Assembly (NCBI GenBank): GCA_042850255.1
Contig: AP031373.1
Span: forward strand, 390,001 to 422,000
Reading direction: 5' to 3'
Source: Nanobdellota archaeon
GTDB taxonomy: Archaea; Nanobdellota; Nanobdellia; Nanobdellales; Nanobdellaceae
DNA: 32,000 bases
Shown here: positions 17,067-25,575 of the stretch, piece after piece
How the letters are laid out: each line of letters opens with the position of its first letter
How positions within the stretch are numbered: position 1 is the first letter of the stretch
Notes under the pieces: model-generated
Told to the model about the DNA's origin: nothing
Databases searched by the model: none
Seen by the model: only the letters and a program-made list of their open reading frames with translations
Translations under genes and position numbers: made by a program

Positions 17067-19735
17067 TGATGACTGATATATTTCCAAAAAGAATTTCTGA
17101 AATACAATATTCTTTATTAAGTCCAGATGTTATAAGAAAGATATCAGTAGCTAAAATAATTGTTCCAGAATTATATGATGAAGATGGAACCCCAATAAGA
17201 GGTGGATTAATGGACTTAAGGTTGGGAGTAATAGATCCTGGATATGTATGTGAAACTTGTGGAAAAACTGTTGGAAAATGTCCTGGGCACTTTGGTCACA
17301 TAGAATTGGCAAGACCAGTTATCCATCCAGAATTTTTGCCAGTTGTAAAAGAATTAGTAAATGTTGTTTGCCATAAATGTGGAAAAGTAAAATTAACAAA
17401 AGAAGAAGCAAATTTTGCTTTAAATAGAATAGAAAAGTATATAAATCAGAAAAAATGGAATAGATTATATAGATTTATTACAAAGTTTGTATATTCTAGA
17501 GCTAAGAAGAGAAATAAGTGCCCACATTGTGGTTATGAAAATCCAAAGGTAGAATTTAGAAAACCTTATTATTTCTATGTAAAAGAACAAGAAAAAGAGA
17601 GAAAAATGTATCCAATAGAAATAAGATCAATATTTGAAAGAATACCCGATGTAGATTTATATTTAATAGGATTTCATCCATCTTTTGCAAGACCGGAATG
17701 GATGATATTAACAGTTTTACCAGTTCCTCCAGTTACTGTTAGACCTTCAATAGTATTAGAAACTGGGGAAAGAGCGGAAGATGATTTAACTCATAAATTA
17801 GTTGCAATTGTTAGATCTAATCAAAGATTAAAAGAAGCAATTACAACTGGTGCTCCTCAGGTTATTGTAGACGATTTATATGATTTATTGCAATATCACG
17901 TTATAACATATATTAATAATACACTACCAAATGTTCCAAAAGCTGAACATAGATCTGGAAAACCTTTAAAATCACTAGTAGAGAGAATATCTGGAAAAGA
18001 AGGAATAATAAGACATGATTTATTGGGAAAAAGATTAAACTTTAGTTCAAGAGCAGTTATTACTCCAGATACTAAAATTGGAATAAATGAAGTAGGAGTA
18101 CCAATATATGTTGCTAAAACATTGACAGTTCCTGAAAGAGTTACAGAATGGAATATTGAAAAAATGAAGGAGTATATATTAAATGGACCTGAGAAATATC
18201 CTGGTGCTAATTATGTAGTTTCTCCAGATGGTAGAAGAAGAGTTATAACTGAAGAAAATAAAGAAACTTTAGCATCCATGATAGAACCAGGTTGGATAGT
18301 TGAAAGACACTTAAGAGATGGGGATATTGTATTATTCTTAAGGTATCCTTCATTACACAGGCTATCAATGATGGCTCATTATGTTAAAGTATTACCTGGA
18401 AATACATTTAGGATAAATCCAATTGCTTGTAGACCATATAATGCAGATTTTGATGGAGATGAAATGAATTTATTTGTACCCAGAAGTGAAGAAGCTAGAG
18501 CAGAAGCTCAATTATTAGTAGAAATATCTAATAATTATATTACTCCAAGATATGGAGACTTTATTGTAGGAATGATACAAGAAATGATTACGGGATTATA
18601 TTCAATTACTCAAGATAATATTAATATTCCATTTAGTCTAGCATCTCAATTAGTTTATATGTCTAATGCAGATGAAAACGATTTAGAAAAATTATATAGA
18701 TTAATAGAAAATGCAAAAAAGGAAGGAAGAAGTTACCTAACTGGAAAAGAAATTGCATCAGTATTTTTACCAGATACTTTTAACTTTAAATCCGATAAAA
18801 TAGAAATAAAAGACGGAATGATAGTAAATGGATATTTAGATTCTAGTTTAATTAAAGCTGAAAAGGGTAAATTGTTTGTAGTATTATATAATTTATATGG
18901 AAAAGAATATGTAACTAGTTTATTACAAAAATATGGATTATTGGGTATATATTATCAGTACCTTAATGGATTGTCAATGTCAATTTCTGATTTTGATTTA
19001 TCAGAAGAAGCTAAAGAGGAAATAAAGAAAATAATGGAAGATACAAAAAGAGAGATTGATAATTTATATGAACAATTCAAGAATGGCACTTTAGAAAAAA
19101 TACCTGGAAGAACTTTACAAGAAACCTATGAATTAAAATCTATTCAAACAGTATCAGATAGTGTTACTAAAATTCAAGAAGTTCTAAGAAAATATATGAG
19201 AAAAGATACAGGTACATACTTATTATCTGTTACAGGGGCTAGAGGTGATTGGCAGAATGCAGTAAGAATGGTTGGTTCTTTAGGATTTCAAGCATTTAGA
19301 GGAAGATTTATAAACTTCGGATATAAGGGAAGGAACTTATCAATATTTGAAAAAGATGTTTATCATCCAAAATATCATGGATGGGTAATTAGTTCATATA
19401 GAGATGGATTACAACCTTGGGAAATGTTCTTCCATGCCTTACCAGGAAGAGATTCTTTAATGGATACTGCAATAAGAACTGCGCAATCTGGATATTTCTA
19501 TAGAAGATTAGTTTTAAGTTTATATGATACTCATGTAGAAGATGATTTAACTGTAAGAGATGCATATGGAAGAATAGTTCAATTTTTATATGGAGAGGAT
19601 GGAATTGCAGTTCATAAATCTATAAGTGGAAAATTAAATTTGGATGTATTGGCTCAACTTTTAAAATCTTCTGAAGAAAATAAAGAAAATGGAACTCCCA
19701 AAGAAAATAAAAGAAGAAGTAGAAAAAAGAAATAA
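17066..19735 (+). CDS. rpoA1: DNA-directed RNA polymerase subunit A' (Rpo1N)
   Basis: 889 aa with Zn motifs CETCG...CPGHFGHIEL, the catalytic NADFDGDEMN motif, and the SLHRLSMMAH segment. The ATG overlaps the rpoB' TAA by 1 nt. Confidence 0.95.
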   Translation: MMTDIFPKRISEIQYSLLSPDVIRKISVAKIIVPELYDEDGTPIRGGLMDLRLGVIDPGYVCETCGKTVGKCPGHFGHIELARPVIHPEFLPVVKELVNVVCHKCGKVKLTKEEANFALNRIEKYINQKKWNRLYRFITKFVYSRAKKRNKCPHCGYENPKVEFRKPYYFYVKEQEKERKMYPIEIRSIFERIPDVDLYLIGFHPSFARPEWMILTVLPVPPVTVRPSIVLETGERAEDDLTHKLVAIVRSNQRLKEAITTGAPQVIVDDLYDLLQYHVITYINNTLPNVPKAEHRSGKPLKSLVERISGKEGIIRHDLLGKRLNFSSRAVITPDTKIGINEVGVPIYVAKTLTVPERVTEWNIEKMKEYILNGPEKYPGANYVVSPDGRRRVITEENKETLASMIEPGWIVERHLRDGDIVLFLRYPSLHRLSMMAHYVKVLPGNTFRINPIACRPYNADFDGDEMNLFVPRSEEARAEAQLLVEISNNYITPRYGDFIVGMIQEMITGLYSITQDNINIPFSLASQLVYMSNADENDLEKLYRLIENAKKEGRSYLTGKEIASVFLPDTFNFKSDKIEIKDGMIVNGYLDSSLIKAEKGKLFVVLYNLYGKEYVTSLLQKYGLLGIYYQYLNGLSMSISDFDLSEEAKEEIKKIMEDTKREIDNLYEQFKNGTLEKIPGRTLQETYELKSIQTVSDSVTKIQEVLRKYMRKDTGTYLLSVTGARGDWQNAVRMVGSLGFQAFRGRFINFGYKGRNLSIFEKDVYHPKYHGWVISSYRDGLQPWEMFFHALPGRDSLMDTAIRTAQSGYFYRRLVLSLYDTHVEDDLTVRDAYGRIVQFLYGEDGIAVHKSISGKLNLDVLAQLLKSSEENKENGTPKENKRRSRKKK

Positions 19736-20777
19736 TGAAGAATTAAATAAGTTAGTAAAAGAATTTTATGAAAAGATGAAAGTAGATCCAGGAGAACCTG
19801 TTGGTATAGTAGCTGCTCAATCTATAGCAGAACCTACAACTCAGATGATATTAAGATCATTCCATTTCGTTGGTATATCTTCTTTACAAGTTTCATTAGG
19901 TTTACCAAGGATAATAGAAATAACTGATGCTAGAAAAAAGATAAAGCAAAAATATATGAAAATAAAATTGTTAGATGAATATAAAAATAATTTAGAAGTT
20001 GCTCAAAAAGTTGCTAAGGAGATAAAAGAATTAACATTAGAGGATTTAATATATGAAATTTCGTTAGATATATTTGAAAACAAAATAACAATAGTAATAG
20101 ATAAAGATAAATTAGATAGTGAAGATATTAGTATAGGTGAGTTGGTTAGGATATTGAAGAAAAAAATGAAGAAATATAAAGTAGAAAATAATAAGAATGA
20201 AATATATATAATTGCTGAAAAAGCAAGACCAAAAGATTTATATTTATTAAAAGAAAATATAAAGAAAATTTTAATAAAAGGAATAAGAGGAATAAAAGAT
20301 GCTACTATATATAGAGAAGGTGATGAATATGTTATATATACTATAGGATCAAATTTATTGGAAGTAATGAAGATACCAGAAGTAGATTATACTCAGGTTT
20401 ATACAAATGATATAAGAGAAATAGAAAAAATTTTAGGTATAGAAGCAGCTAGAAATGCTATACTATTAGAATTATCAAGATTATTTGAACAACAGGGGTT
20501 AAATGTAGATGTAAGACACTTTATATTAGTTGCTGATATATTAACTTGGCATGGAGTATATTTAGGAATAAATAGATATGGATTACATGCAGAAAAAGAA
20601 TCTGCATTATCAAAAGCAGCTTTTGAAACTCCAATTCCAATATTTGTAAGAGCTGCAATGATTGGAGAAACTGATGAAGTATTGTCGGGAATAGATAATG
20701 TAATTATAAATCAACCAATATTCTTGGGAACTGGTTTATATAACGTATATTATGTAGAAAAGGAGGATAAAAAATAA
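19689..20777 (+). CDS. rpoA2: DNA-directed RNA polymerase subunit A'' (Rpo1C)
   Basis: 362 aa. GEPVGIVAAQSIAEPTTQM is the trigger-loop region motif. The annotated ATG overlaps the rpoA' 3' end by 47 nt. The next in-frame Met is 28 codons downstream. Confidence 0.9.
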   Translation: MELPKKIKEEVEKRNNEELNKLVKEFYEKMKVDPGEPVGIVAAQSIAEPTTQMILRSFHFVGISSLQVSLGLPRIIEITDARKKIKQKYMKIKLLDEYKNNLEVAQKVAKEIKELTLEDLIYEISLDIFENKITIVIDKDKLDSEDISIGELVRILKKKMKKYKVENNKNEIYIIAEKARPKDLYLLKENIKKILIKGIRGIKDATIYREGDEYVIYTIGSNLLEVMKIPEVDYTQVYTNDIREIEKILGIEAARNAILLELSRLFEQQGLNVDVRHFILVADILTWHGVYLGINRYGLHAEKESALSKAAFETPIPIFVRAAMIGETDEVLSGIDNVIINQPIFLGTGLYNVYYVEKEDKK

Positions 20778-20802
20778 AAGTATTTTTTATAATTTTTATT
20801 AA

Positions 20803-21078
20803 ATGGTCACTTTTGATGATTTAAGGAAAATATTAGTGGAAGAAAAAAATAGAGTTATAATAGGTAGCAGAAGAACTATAAAGATGATAAAGAATGGGAA
20901 GGTAGAAAAAGTATTTTTAGCAAAAAATACACCTGAAGAAATAAAAAATGATATATTATATTATTCAAAATTGGGTAATTTTGAAGTAGAGGAATTAAAG
21001 TATACAAATGAAGAAATAGGGTTATTGTTGAAAAAGCCATTTAAAATTTCTGTTGTATCTATATTAAAGAATGGCTAA
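20803..21078 (+). CDS. rpl30e: Ribosomal protein L30e (eL30)
   Basis: 91 aa. The pattern [26 protein letters not shown]...YYSKL...[17 protein letters not shown] matches eL30. It occupies the canonical position after rpoA''. Confidence 0.8.
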   Translation: MVTFDDLRKILVEEKNRVIIGSRRTIKMIKNGKVEKVFLAKNTPEEIKNDILYYSKLGNFEVEELKYTNEEIGLLLKKPFKISVVSILKNG

Positions 21079-21499
21079 TGGTCTGTTTGCTGCTAGGAAG
21101 TTATTAGAAAGAAGAAAGAAATTTAGATGGAGTAAAAAAGATTGGAAGAGAAAAATATTGAAATTAAAGGAAAAGTATGATCCATTGGAAGGATCTCCCA
21201 TGGCTTCCGGAATTGTATTAGAGAAAGTAGAAATAGAAAAAAGACAGCCTTATTCAGGTATGATAAAATGTGTAAAGGTACAGTTAAAGAAAAATGGAAA
21301 AATAGTAACTGCATTTGCTCCAGGAGATAAAGCTATAAAGTATATCGATGAGCATGATGAAGTATTAATAGTAGGTATAGGTGGACCAAAGGGAAGAACA
21401 ATAGGTTCAATTCCAGGAGTTAGATATAAGGTTGTATTAGTTAATGGACAACCATTAGAATTATTGAGGAAAGGAAAAATAGAAAAAGCTAGAAGATAG
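21071..21499 (+). CDS. rps12: Ribosomal protein S12 (uS12)
   Basis: 142 aa. [20 protein letters not shown]...[21 protein letters not shown]...[31 protein letters not shown] is the archaeal uS12 pattern. Its start overlaps the L30e end by 8 nt. Confidence 0.9.
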   Translation: MANGLFAARKLLERRKKFRWSKKDWKRKILKLKEKYDPLEGSPMASGIVLEKVEIEKRQPYSGMIKCVKVQLKKNGKIVTAFAPGDKAIKYIDEHDEVLIVGIGGPKGRTIGSIPGVRYKVVLVNGQPLELLRKGKIEKARR

Positions 21500-21555
21500 T
21501 ATTAACTATTAAGTAATATAAATATCTTTATATATATTTTTTATAATTATAATTA

Positions 21556-22365
21556 ATGGTATACGATCTTTTAGTTGGTTTGGGTTATTATATAGTTTTT
21601 TTAATAATATCTGTATTAATTGGAGCTCTAGTAGGATGGATAGTATATAAAATAGTAGAGTATGTAATAAAAAGGTACATAAATAAGGCATATGATAAAT
21701 TAAAAGAAACATTTTCTAAGGTACCATCCATTGATGTAGGAGCATTAGTATCATATGTAGTAGGAATAATAATAGGTATATATGTATTTAGTGCCATTAT
21801 GGGAATATTACCAAATATTGTAACTAGTACACAATTTTCATATATTAGCTATGTATATTCATTAACATCAACAGTAGCTTCTTACTTATTACAAATAGCA
21901 GCAGTAGTATTAGTAATTGCAGCAGGTGTAATATTCTCAGTATTCTTTACATCTTACATATATTTACTAGTTGAGGGATATAGTGAAAATGTAGCAGAAT
22001 TGTTAAGATTATTATTGTTCTTAGGATTAATATGGATTATAACTGTATATTCATTAAATCTATTAGGATTGGGATTAACATTGTTTAAAAATATAATTGG
22101 AGTATTTGTTGTATTATCAGTAGGTTTGATAGTAATGAATTATATAACAGATCATATTGATGAAAATGAATATTATAAGAATGTAAAACCATTTGTTCAA
22201 GTATTTATATATTCCTTATTTGTTATAAGTTCATTATCAATATTACTATTGGGATATTCTACAGTATCTGCAGAATTGCAAAATATATTTGCATGGGGCT
22301 TTGTAATATTATTTGTATTAGCTTTACTACCATTTGTAGTAAAGGCTATAAAAGAAGCACTATAG
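21556..22365 (+). CDS. Polytopic membrane protein, unknown function
   Basis: 269 aa with about 7 hydrophobic helices and no recognisable motif. It lies between rps12 and rps7. Confidence 0.5.
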   Translation: MVYDLLVGLGYYIVFLIISVLIGALVGWIVYKIVEYVIKRYINKAYDKLKETFSKVPSIDVGALVSYVVGIIIGIYVFSAIMGILPNIVTSTQFSYISYVYSLTSTVASYLLQIAAVVLVIAAGVIFSVFFTSYIYLLVEGYSENVAELLRLLLFLGLIWIITVYSLNLLGLGLTLFKNIIGVFVVLSVGLIVMNYITDHIDENEYYKNVKPFVQVFIYSLFVISSLSILLLGYSTVSAELQNIFAWGFVILFVLALLPFVVKAIKEAL

Positions 22366-22397
22366 ATTTTTAAATTATTTTTTAATAAGTTATTTTT

Positions 22398-23003
22398 ATG
22401 GTTGCAGATATTAATGATTTAAAATTCTTAGGTAGATGGAAATATGAAATAGATGTAGAGGATGATACATTAAAAGCATTTATGAATGTAAAATCTTATA
22501 TAGTTCCAAAAACAAATGGTAGGTATCAAAATAAAAGATTTGGAAGAAGAAATATACCAATTATTGAAAGATTTATAGGAAGATTAATGACTCCTGGACA
22601 TTTTGGAAGTAAACATAAATTTACATCATATTATGCTTCTGGAGAATATTATAAAAATTTAAAGATATTGATAAAAGTTTTTGAAATAATAGAAGAAGAA
22701 ACAAAACAAAATCCAATCAAAGTTTTAACAAAGGCAATTGAAAATGCTGCTCCAAGAGAAGAAATAACTAATATAGAAATGGGTGGTGCTAGATATCCTA
22801 AAGCAGTAGATATTGCTCCTTTAAGGAGAATTGATCTAGCTATAAGACATATTGTTTGGGGTGCCTATCATAGTTCTAGAAATAAGAGAGATATGGCAAG
22901 TGCATTAGCAAAAGAAATAATTGCAGCATATAAAAATTCTACAGAATCCTTTGCTATACAAAAGAAATTAGAATTAGAAAGACTAGCTTCATCTTCTAGA
23001 TAA
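22398..23003 (+). CDS. rps7: Ribosomal protein S7 (uS7)
   Basis: 201 aa. FLGRWKYEIDVEDDTLKAF..., IIERFIGRLM, NPIKVLTKAIENAAPREE, GGARYPKAVDIAPLRRIDLAIRHI and ERLASSSR together give the archaeal uS7 pattern. Confidence 0.9.
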   Translation: MVADINDLKFLGRWKYEIDVEDDTLKAFMNVKSYIVPKTNGRYQNKRFGRRNIPIIERFIGRLMTPGHFGSKHKFTSYYASGEYYKNLKILIKVFEIIEEETKQNPIKVLTKAIENAAPREEITNIEMGGARYPKAVDIAPLRRIDLAIRHIVWGAYHSSRNKRDMASALAKEIIAAYKNSTESFAIQKKLELERLASSSR

Positions 23004-23035
23004 TTTTTTTAAATATAAAATATTATTTTAAATAC

Positions 23036-23521
23036 ATGCCCTCTCGGAGTCTCCTTCCTAAAAAAGTATTTTTTACTTCAGGGATTGGGGTTGCAGAAGA
23101 TCCATTATTAAGTTTTGAATTTGCATTGAGAGATGCAAAAATAGAAAAATTTAATTTAGTTCCAGTTTCTAGCATAGCGCCTCCAAATATAAAAATAATA
23201 GATATAAATGAAGGATTAAAAAAATTAAAACCTGGTCAAATAGTATTTTGTGTTCTAGCTAGGTTTACTTCTAATGAGGAAGGAAAGGAGATATATTCTT
23301 CAGTAGGTGTAGCATTACCAAGGGATAAAAAATATAATGGATATTTTACAGAATATCACGGATACTATACTGGAAAGGAAGATGGATACGCAAAAAATAA
23401 AGCAGAATATATGTTAAAGACAGCATTTAATATTGAAGTAGAGAATAGTTTTGAGGTATTTAGAAAAACAAGGGTAGAAAAATATACAACAGTTGTATCT
23501 TCTGCAGTATTTATATTATAG
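23036..23521 (+). CDS. pdaD: Pyruvoyl-dependent arginine decarboxylase
   Basis: 161 aa. LPKKVFFTSGIGVAEDPLLSFEFALRDAKIEKFNLVPVSSIAPPN matches the PdaD N-terminal region, including the V-S-S self-cleavage site. Confidence 0.75.
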   Translation: MPSRSLLPKKVFFTSGIGVAEDPLLSFEFALRDAKIEKFNLVPVSSIAPPNIKIIDINEGLKKLKPGQIVFCVLARFTSNEEGKEIYSSVGVALPRDKKYNGYFTEYHGYYTGKEDGYAKNKAEYMLKTAFNIEVENSFEVFRKTRVEKYTTVVSSAVFIL

Positions 23522-24346
23522 ATTTTCAAATACCTTTTTATATATCTCTTTTAATTGATTTGGAATAACATGTGTATATATTTGTGTAATAGATAGTGAA
23601 CTATGTCCTAATAATTCTTGTATATATCTGATATCTATACCTTTTGATAATAATGTAGTTGCTAAAGAATGTCTCAATACATGGGGAGTAACTTTTTTAT
23701 TTATTCCAGCTTTTTTTGCAGTTTCCTTTATTATTCTTTCTACTTGTCTAGTAGATAATGGGAACAAATATTCTGTGTTTATATTATTAATATAATCTCT
23801 TATTTCATCTAATAATTCTTTTGGTAACGGTACTATTCTTTCTTTTCCACCTTTTCCGAATACTTTTACTAATCCTTCTTCAAATATTATATCAGATTTT
23901 TTTATCTTTACCAATTCAGATACTCTAACTCCAGTATAAAACAAAAATTTAATTATTAACTTATCTCTTTTATTACTTGCAGAATCTAGTAGTTTTTGGA
24001 ATTCTTCTATTGTTATAAATTTTGGCAATCTTTTATCTACTTTTGGCGCTTTTATTTGCTTTGCAAGATTTTCATTATCTAAAAATTTTAGAAACGATGA
24101 TATAGATCTTACATATAATCTCAAAGAATTAGAATCTAATCTTCTTTTTATTTTTGATTCCGCTAGAAATTTAAATATTATATTTTTATCTAAGGAACTT
24201 AAAGATTTTTGATCAAGATCCCAATAACCGTTATTTAATAAAAATTCTAAGAATTTTTTAATTATTAATGAATAAGTTTTTATCGTATTTTTTGATTTTC
24301 CTTGTATTTCTAACCATACTTTATATTCTTCGATAATATTATCCAT
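23516..24346 (-). CDS. xerA: Tyrosine recombinase XerA-like
   Basis: 276 aa. It has an N-terminal SAM-like core-binding domain, then TGVRVSEL, HVLRHSLATTLL and LLGHSSLSITQIYTHV, which supply the R-H-R-Y catalytic set. Confidence 0.85.
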   Translation of the reverse strand: MDNIIEEYKVWLEIQGKSKNTIKTYSLIIKKFLEFLLNNGYWDLDQKSLSSLDKNIIFKFLAESKIKRRLDSNSLRLYVRSISSFLKFLDNENLAKQIKAPKVDKRLPKFITIEEFQKLLDSASNKRDKLIIKFLFYTGVRVSELVKIKKSDIIFEEGLVKVFGKGGKERIVPLPKELLDEIRDYINNINTEYLFPLSTRQVERIIKETAKKAGINKKVTPHVLRHSLATTLLSKGIDIRYIQELLGHSSLSITQIYTHVIPNQLKEIYKKVFENL

Positions 24347-24367
24347 ATCTTAAGGGAATACTTTGTC

Positions 24368-24381
24368 ATATAAAAATTTTT
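24368..24381. promoter_or_regulatory. Palindromic TATA region likely serving xerA (minus) and the hairpin/sRNA transcript (plus)
   Basis: ATATAAAAATTTTT contains the palindrome AAAAATTTTT. Measuring about 26-27 nt from the TATA centre reaches 24399, the first nt of the GC-rich element, on the plus strand. On the minus strand it reaches about 24350, with the xerA ATG at 24346. Confidence 0.35.
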
Positions 24382-24398
24382 GAAGAATAATATATTAT

Positions 24399-24450
24399 CC
24401 CTGCCTGCCATGCACTAGGGATAAAATGAACTAGTACCTCCTGGCAGGGG
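24399..24450 (+). ncRNA. GC-rich structured element of unknown class, upstream of or fused to the C/D sRNA
   Basis: CCCTGCC (24399-24405) pairs with GGCAGGG (24443-24449). An inner helix forms between ACTAG and CTAGT around a 12-nt loop. An alternative hairpin pairs TATCCCT (24396-24402) with AGGGATA (24417-24423). It is a local GC island in an AT-rich genome. Confidence 0.3.
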
Positions 24451-24455
24451 AGAAA

Positions 24456-24504
24456 ATGATGTAGTTGGCTTGAATCTGAAAAATGATGACAACGGCTACG
24501 CTGA
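24456..24504 (+). ncRNA. C/D box sRNA (2'-O-methylation guide)
   Basis: Order of elements: C box ATGATGT (24456-24462); 13-nt guide AGTTGGCTTGAAT; D' box CTGA (24476-24479); C' box ATGATGA (24483-24489); 11-nt guide CAACGGCTACG; D box CTGA (24501-24504). This is the compact archaeal C/D architecture. Confidence 0.65.
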
Positions 24505-25231
24505 TTAATATTTAATTTGGCATTTTTCGCAATAGAAGTTTATTCTATTTCTTTTTCCACTTTTATTTATTTTTATTTTATTCCCGCAATAATAACAATA
24601 TCTTTTTCTATAACATAGTAAAATATCTTTTAATCTTTTATTTTCTTTTCTTATATTATAAAATTCTATCGAAAAATTTCTAACATTATTTAATAATTCT
24701 ATTAATTTTTCTTCAGGAATATTTTTTGAAATACTCTCTGGGATGTATTTTTGATCTAAATAAACTTTCAACTTTTATTATATTTCCCACACCTGGTAAT
24801 ATTTTCTGATCTAATAAATCATCGCATATATAATTTTCACTATTTTTTAAATATTCCAATACTGGTTTATAATCCCAATCTTTATCCAATATATCTCTAT
24901 AATCCTTTTCTATTTTATCTACTAAATTTATTGAACAATTATAGAAAAATAATTCATCATTTTCAAATTTTAATGCCAATCTAATATATTTATCATCTTT
25001 TTTCTTTATATTTATTGAATAGGATCCATACATTAGAAAATGTATTCTTAATATTTTACTATTATCTAGGTAAATTAATAATAATTTCCCATAAGAATCT
25101 ATATTTATTATTTTTCTATTTTTTATATCTTTTAAATTTATTTTCTTAGTATTTCCATAAGCATCTAATATTTCTTTTCCTATAAATATGTATAATTTAT
25201 CTAATATACTCCTCACTGATGGTCCTTCCAT
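24505..25231 (-). pseudogene. Fpg/Nei-family DNA glycosylase interrupted by a 1-nt frameshift
   Basis: ORF 24713..25231 carries a Nei-like N-terminus (MEGPSVRS) and the H2TH motif (LLDQKILPGVGNIIKVESLFRSKIHP). ORF 24505..24771, in another frame, carries ...SISKNIPEEKLIELL and the Fpg zinc finger CYYCG...RINFYCEKCQ. Deleting one G from GGG 24740-24742 gives the continuous reading KIHPESISKNIPEEK. Confidence 0.7.
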
Positions 25232-25318
25232 TATTTGAATATAAAAAATTGTTTAATAAATTCCTAACTTCTTCACTATACTTCTCATACATAGAAGAAT
25301 GAGAAGAAAATATATCTT

Positions 25319-25522
25319 CTAATAATTTTTATCATAATTATTATTCTTCATTATTTTAATAATTTCTTCTATATCTCCTAAATCTTTTTCCTCTTTTCTC
25401 CTTAAATATGTAAATATTTCATCAACTAATAAATATCCTAATTTGGCTACTTTTAATTTAATAGTTTTATTATTGATTTTAAGACTAATTTCGTTATATG
25501 GAATATTAATATCCCTAAACAA
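25319..25522 (-). CDS. 67-aa hypothetical; possibly a divergent, tail-less ribosomal stalk protein P1 (aL12) N-terminal domain
   Basis: It occupies the canonical P1 slot, 53 nt downstream of P0. It aligns weakly and colinearly with the archaeal P1 N-domain as I remember it: K15, I-N, K, G, VDE, and DIEEIIK against IDEVIEK. It lacks the acidic hinge and the GLxxLF tail. Confidence 0.3.
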   Translation of the reverse strand: MFRDINIPYNEISLKINNKTIKLKVAKLGYLLVDEIFTYLRRKEEKDLGDIEEIIKIMKNNNYDKNY

Positions 25523-25575
25523 TATACCAACTGATAGATAACCTTTAGTTAGTATTTATGTTTTTTAAAAATAAT

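Noticed and set aside
17064-17078. ATGATGACTGA, which looks like adjacent C and D boxes
   Set aside because: It is the rpoB' stop / rpoA' start junction (TAATGATGACTGAT encodes M-M-T-D). There is no guide spacing and no second C'/D' pair, so this is a coincidence of coding sequence.
24399-24450. GC-rich element as a Nanoarchaeum-style split tRNA half gene
   Set aside because: It has no T-loop (TTCRAAT) and no D-loop (A-GG-A) motifs. No acceptor/anticodon-stem layout can be drawn in either orientation.
25281-25306. Hairpin CTTCTCAT-N10-ATGAGAAG between the Fpg/Nei gene and the 67-aa ORF
   Set aside because: It is short, AT-rich and an isolated stem. Archaeal termination does not require hairpins, and there is no supporting motif, so the evidence is too weak to call a feature.
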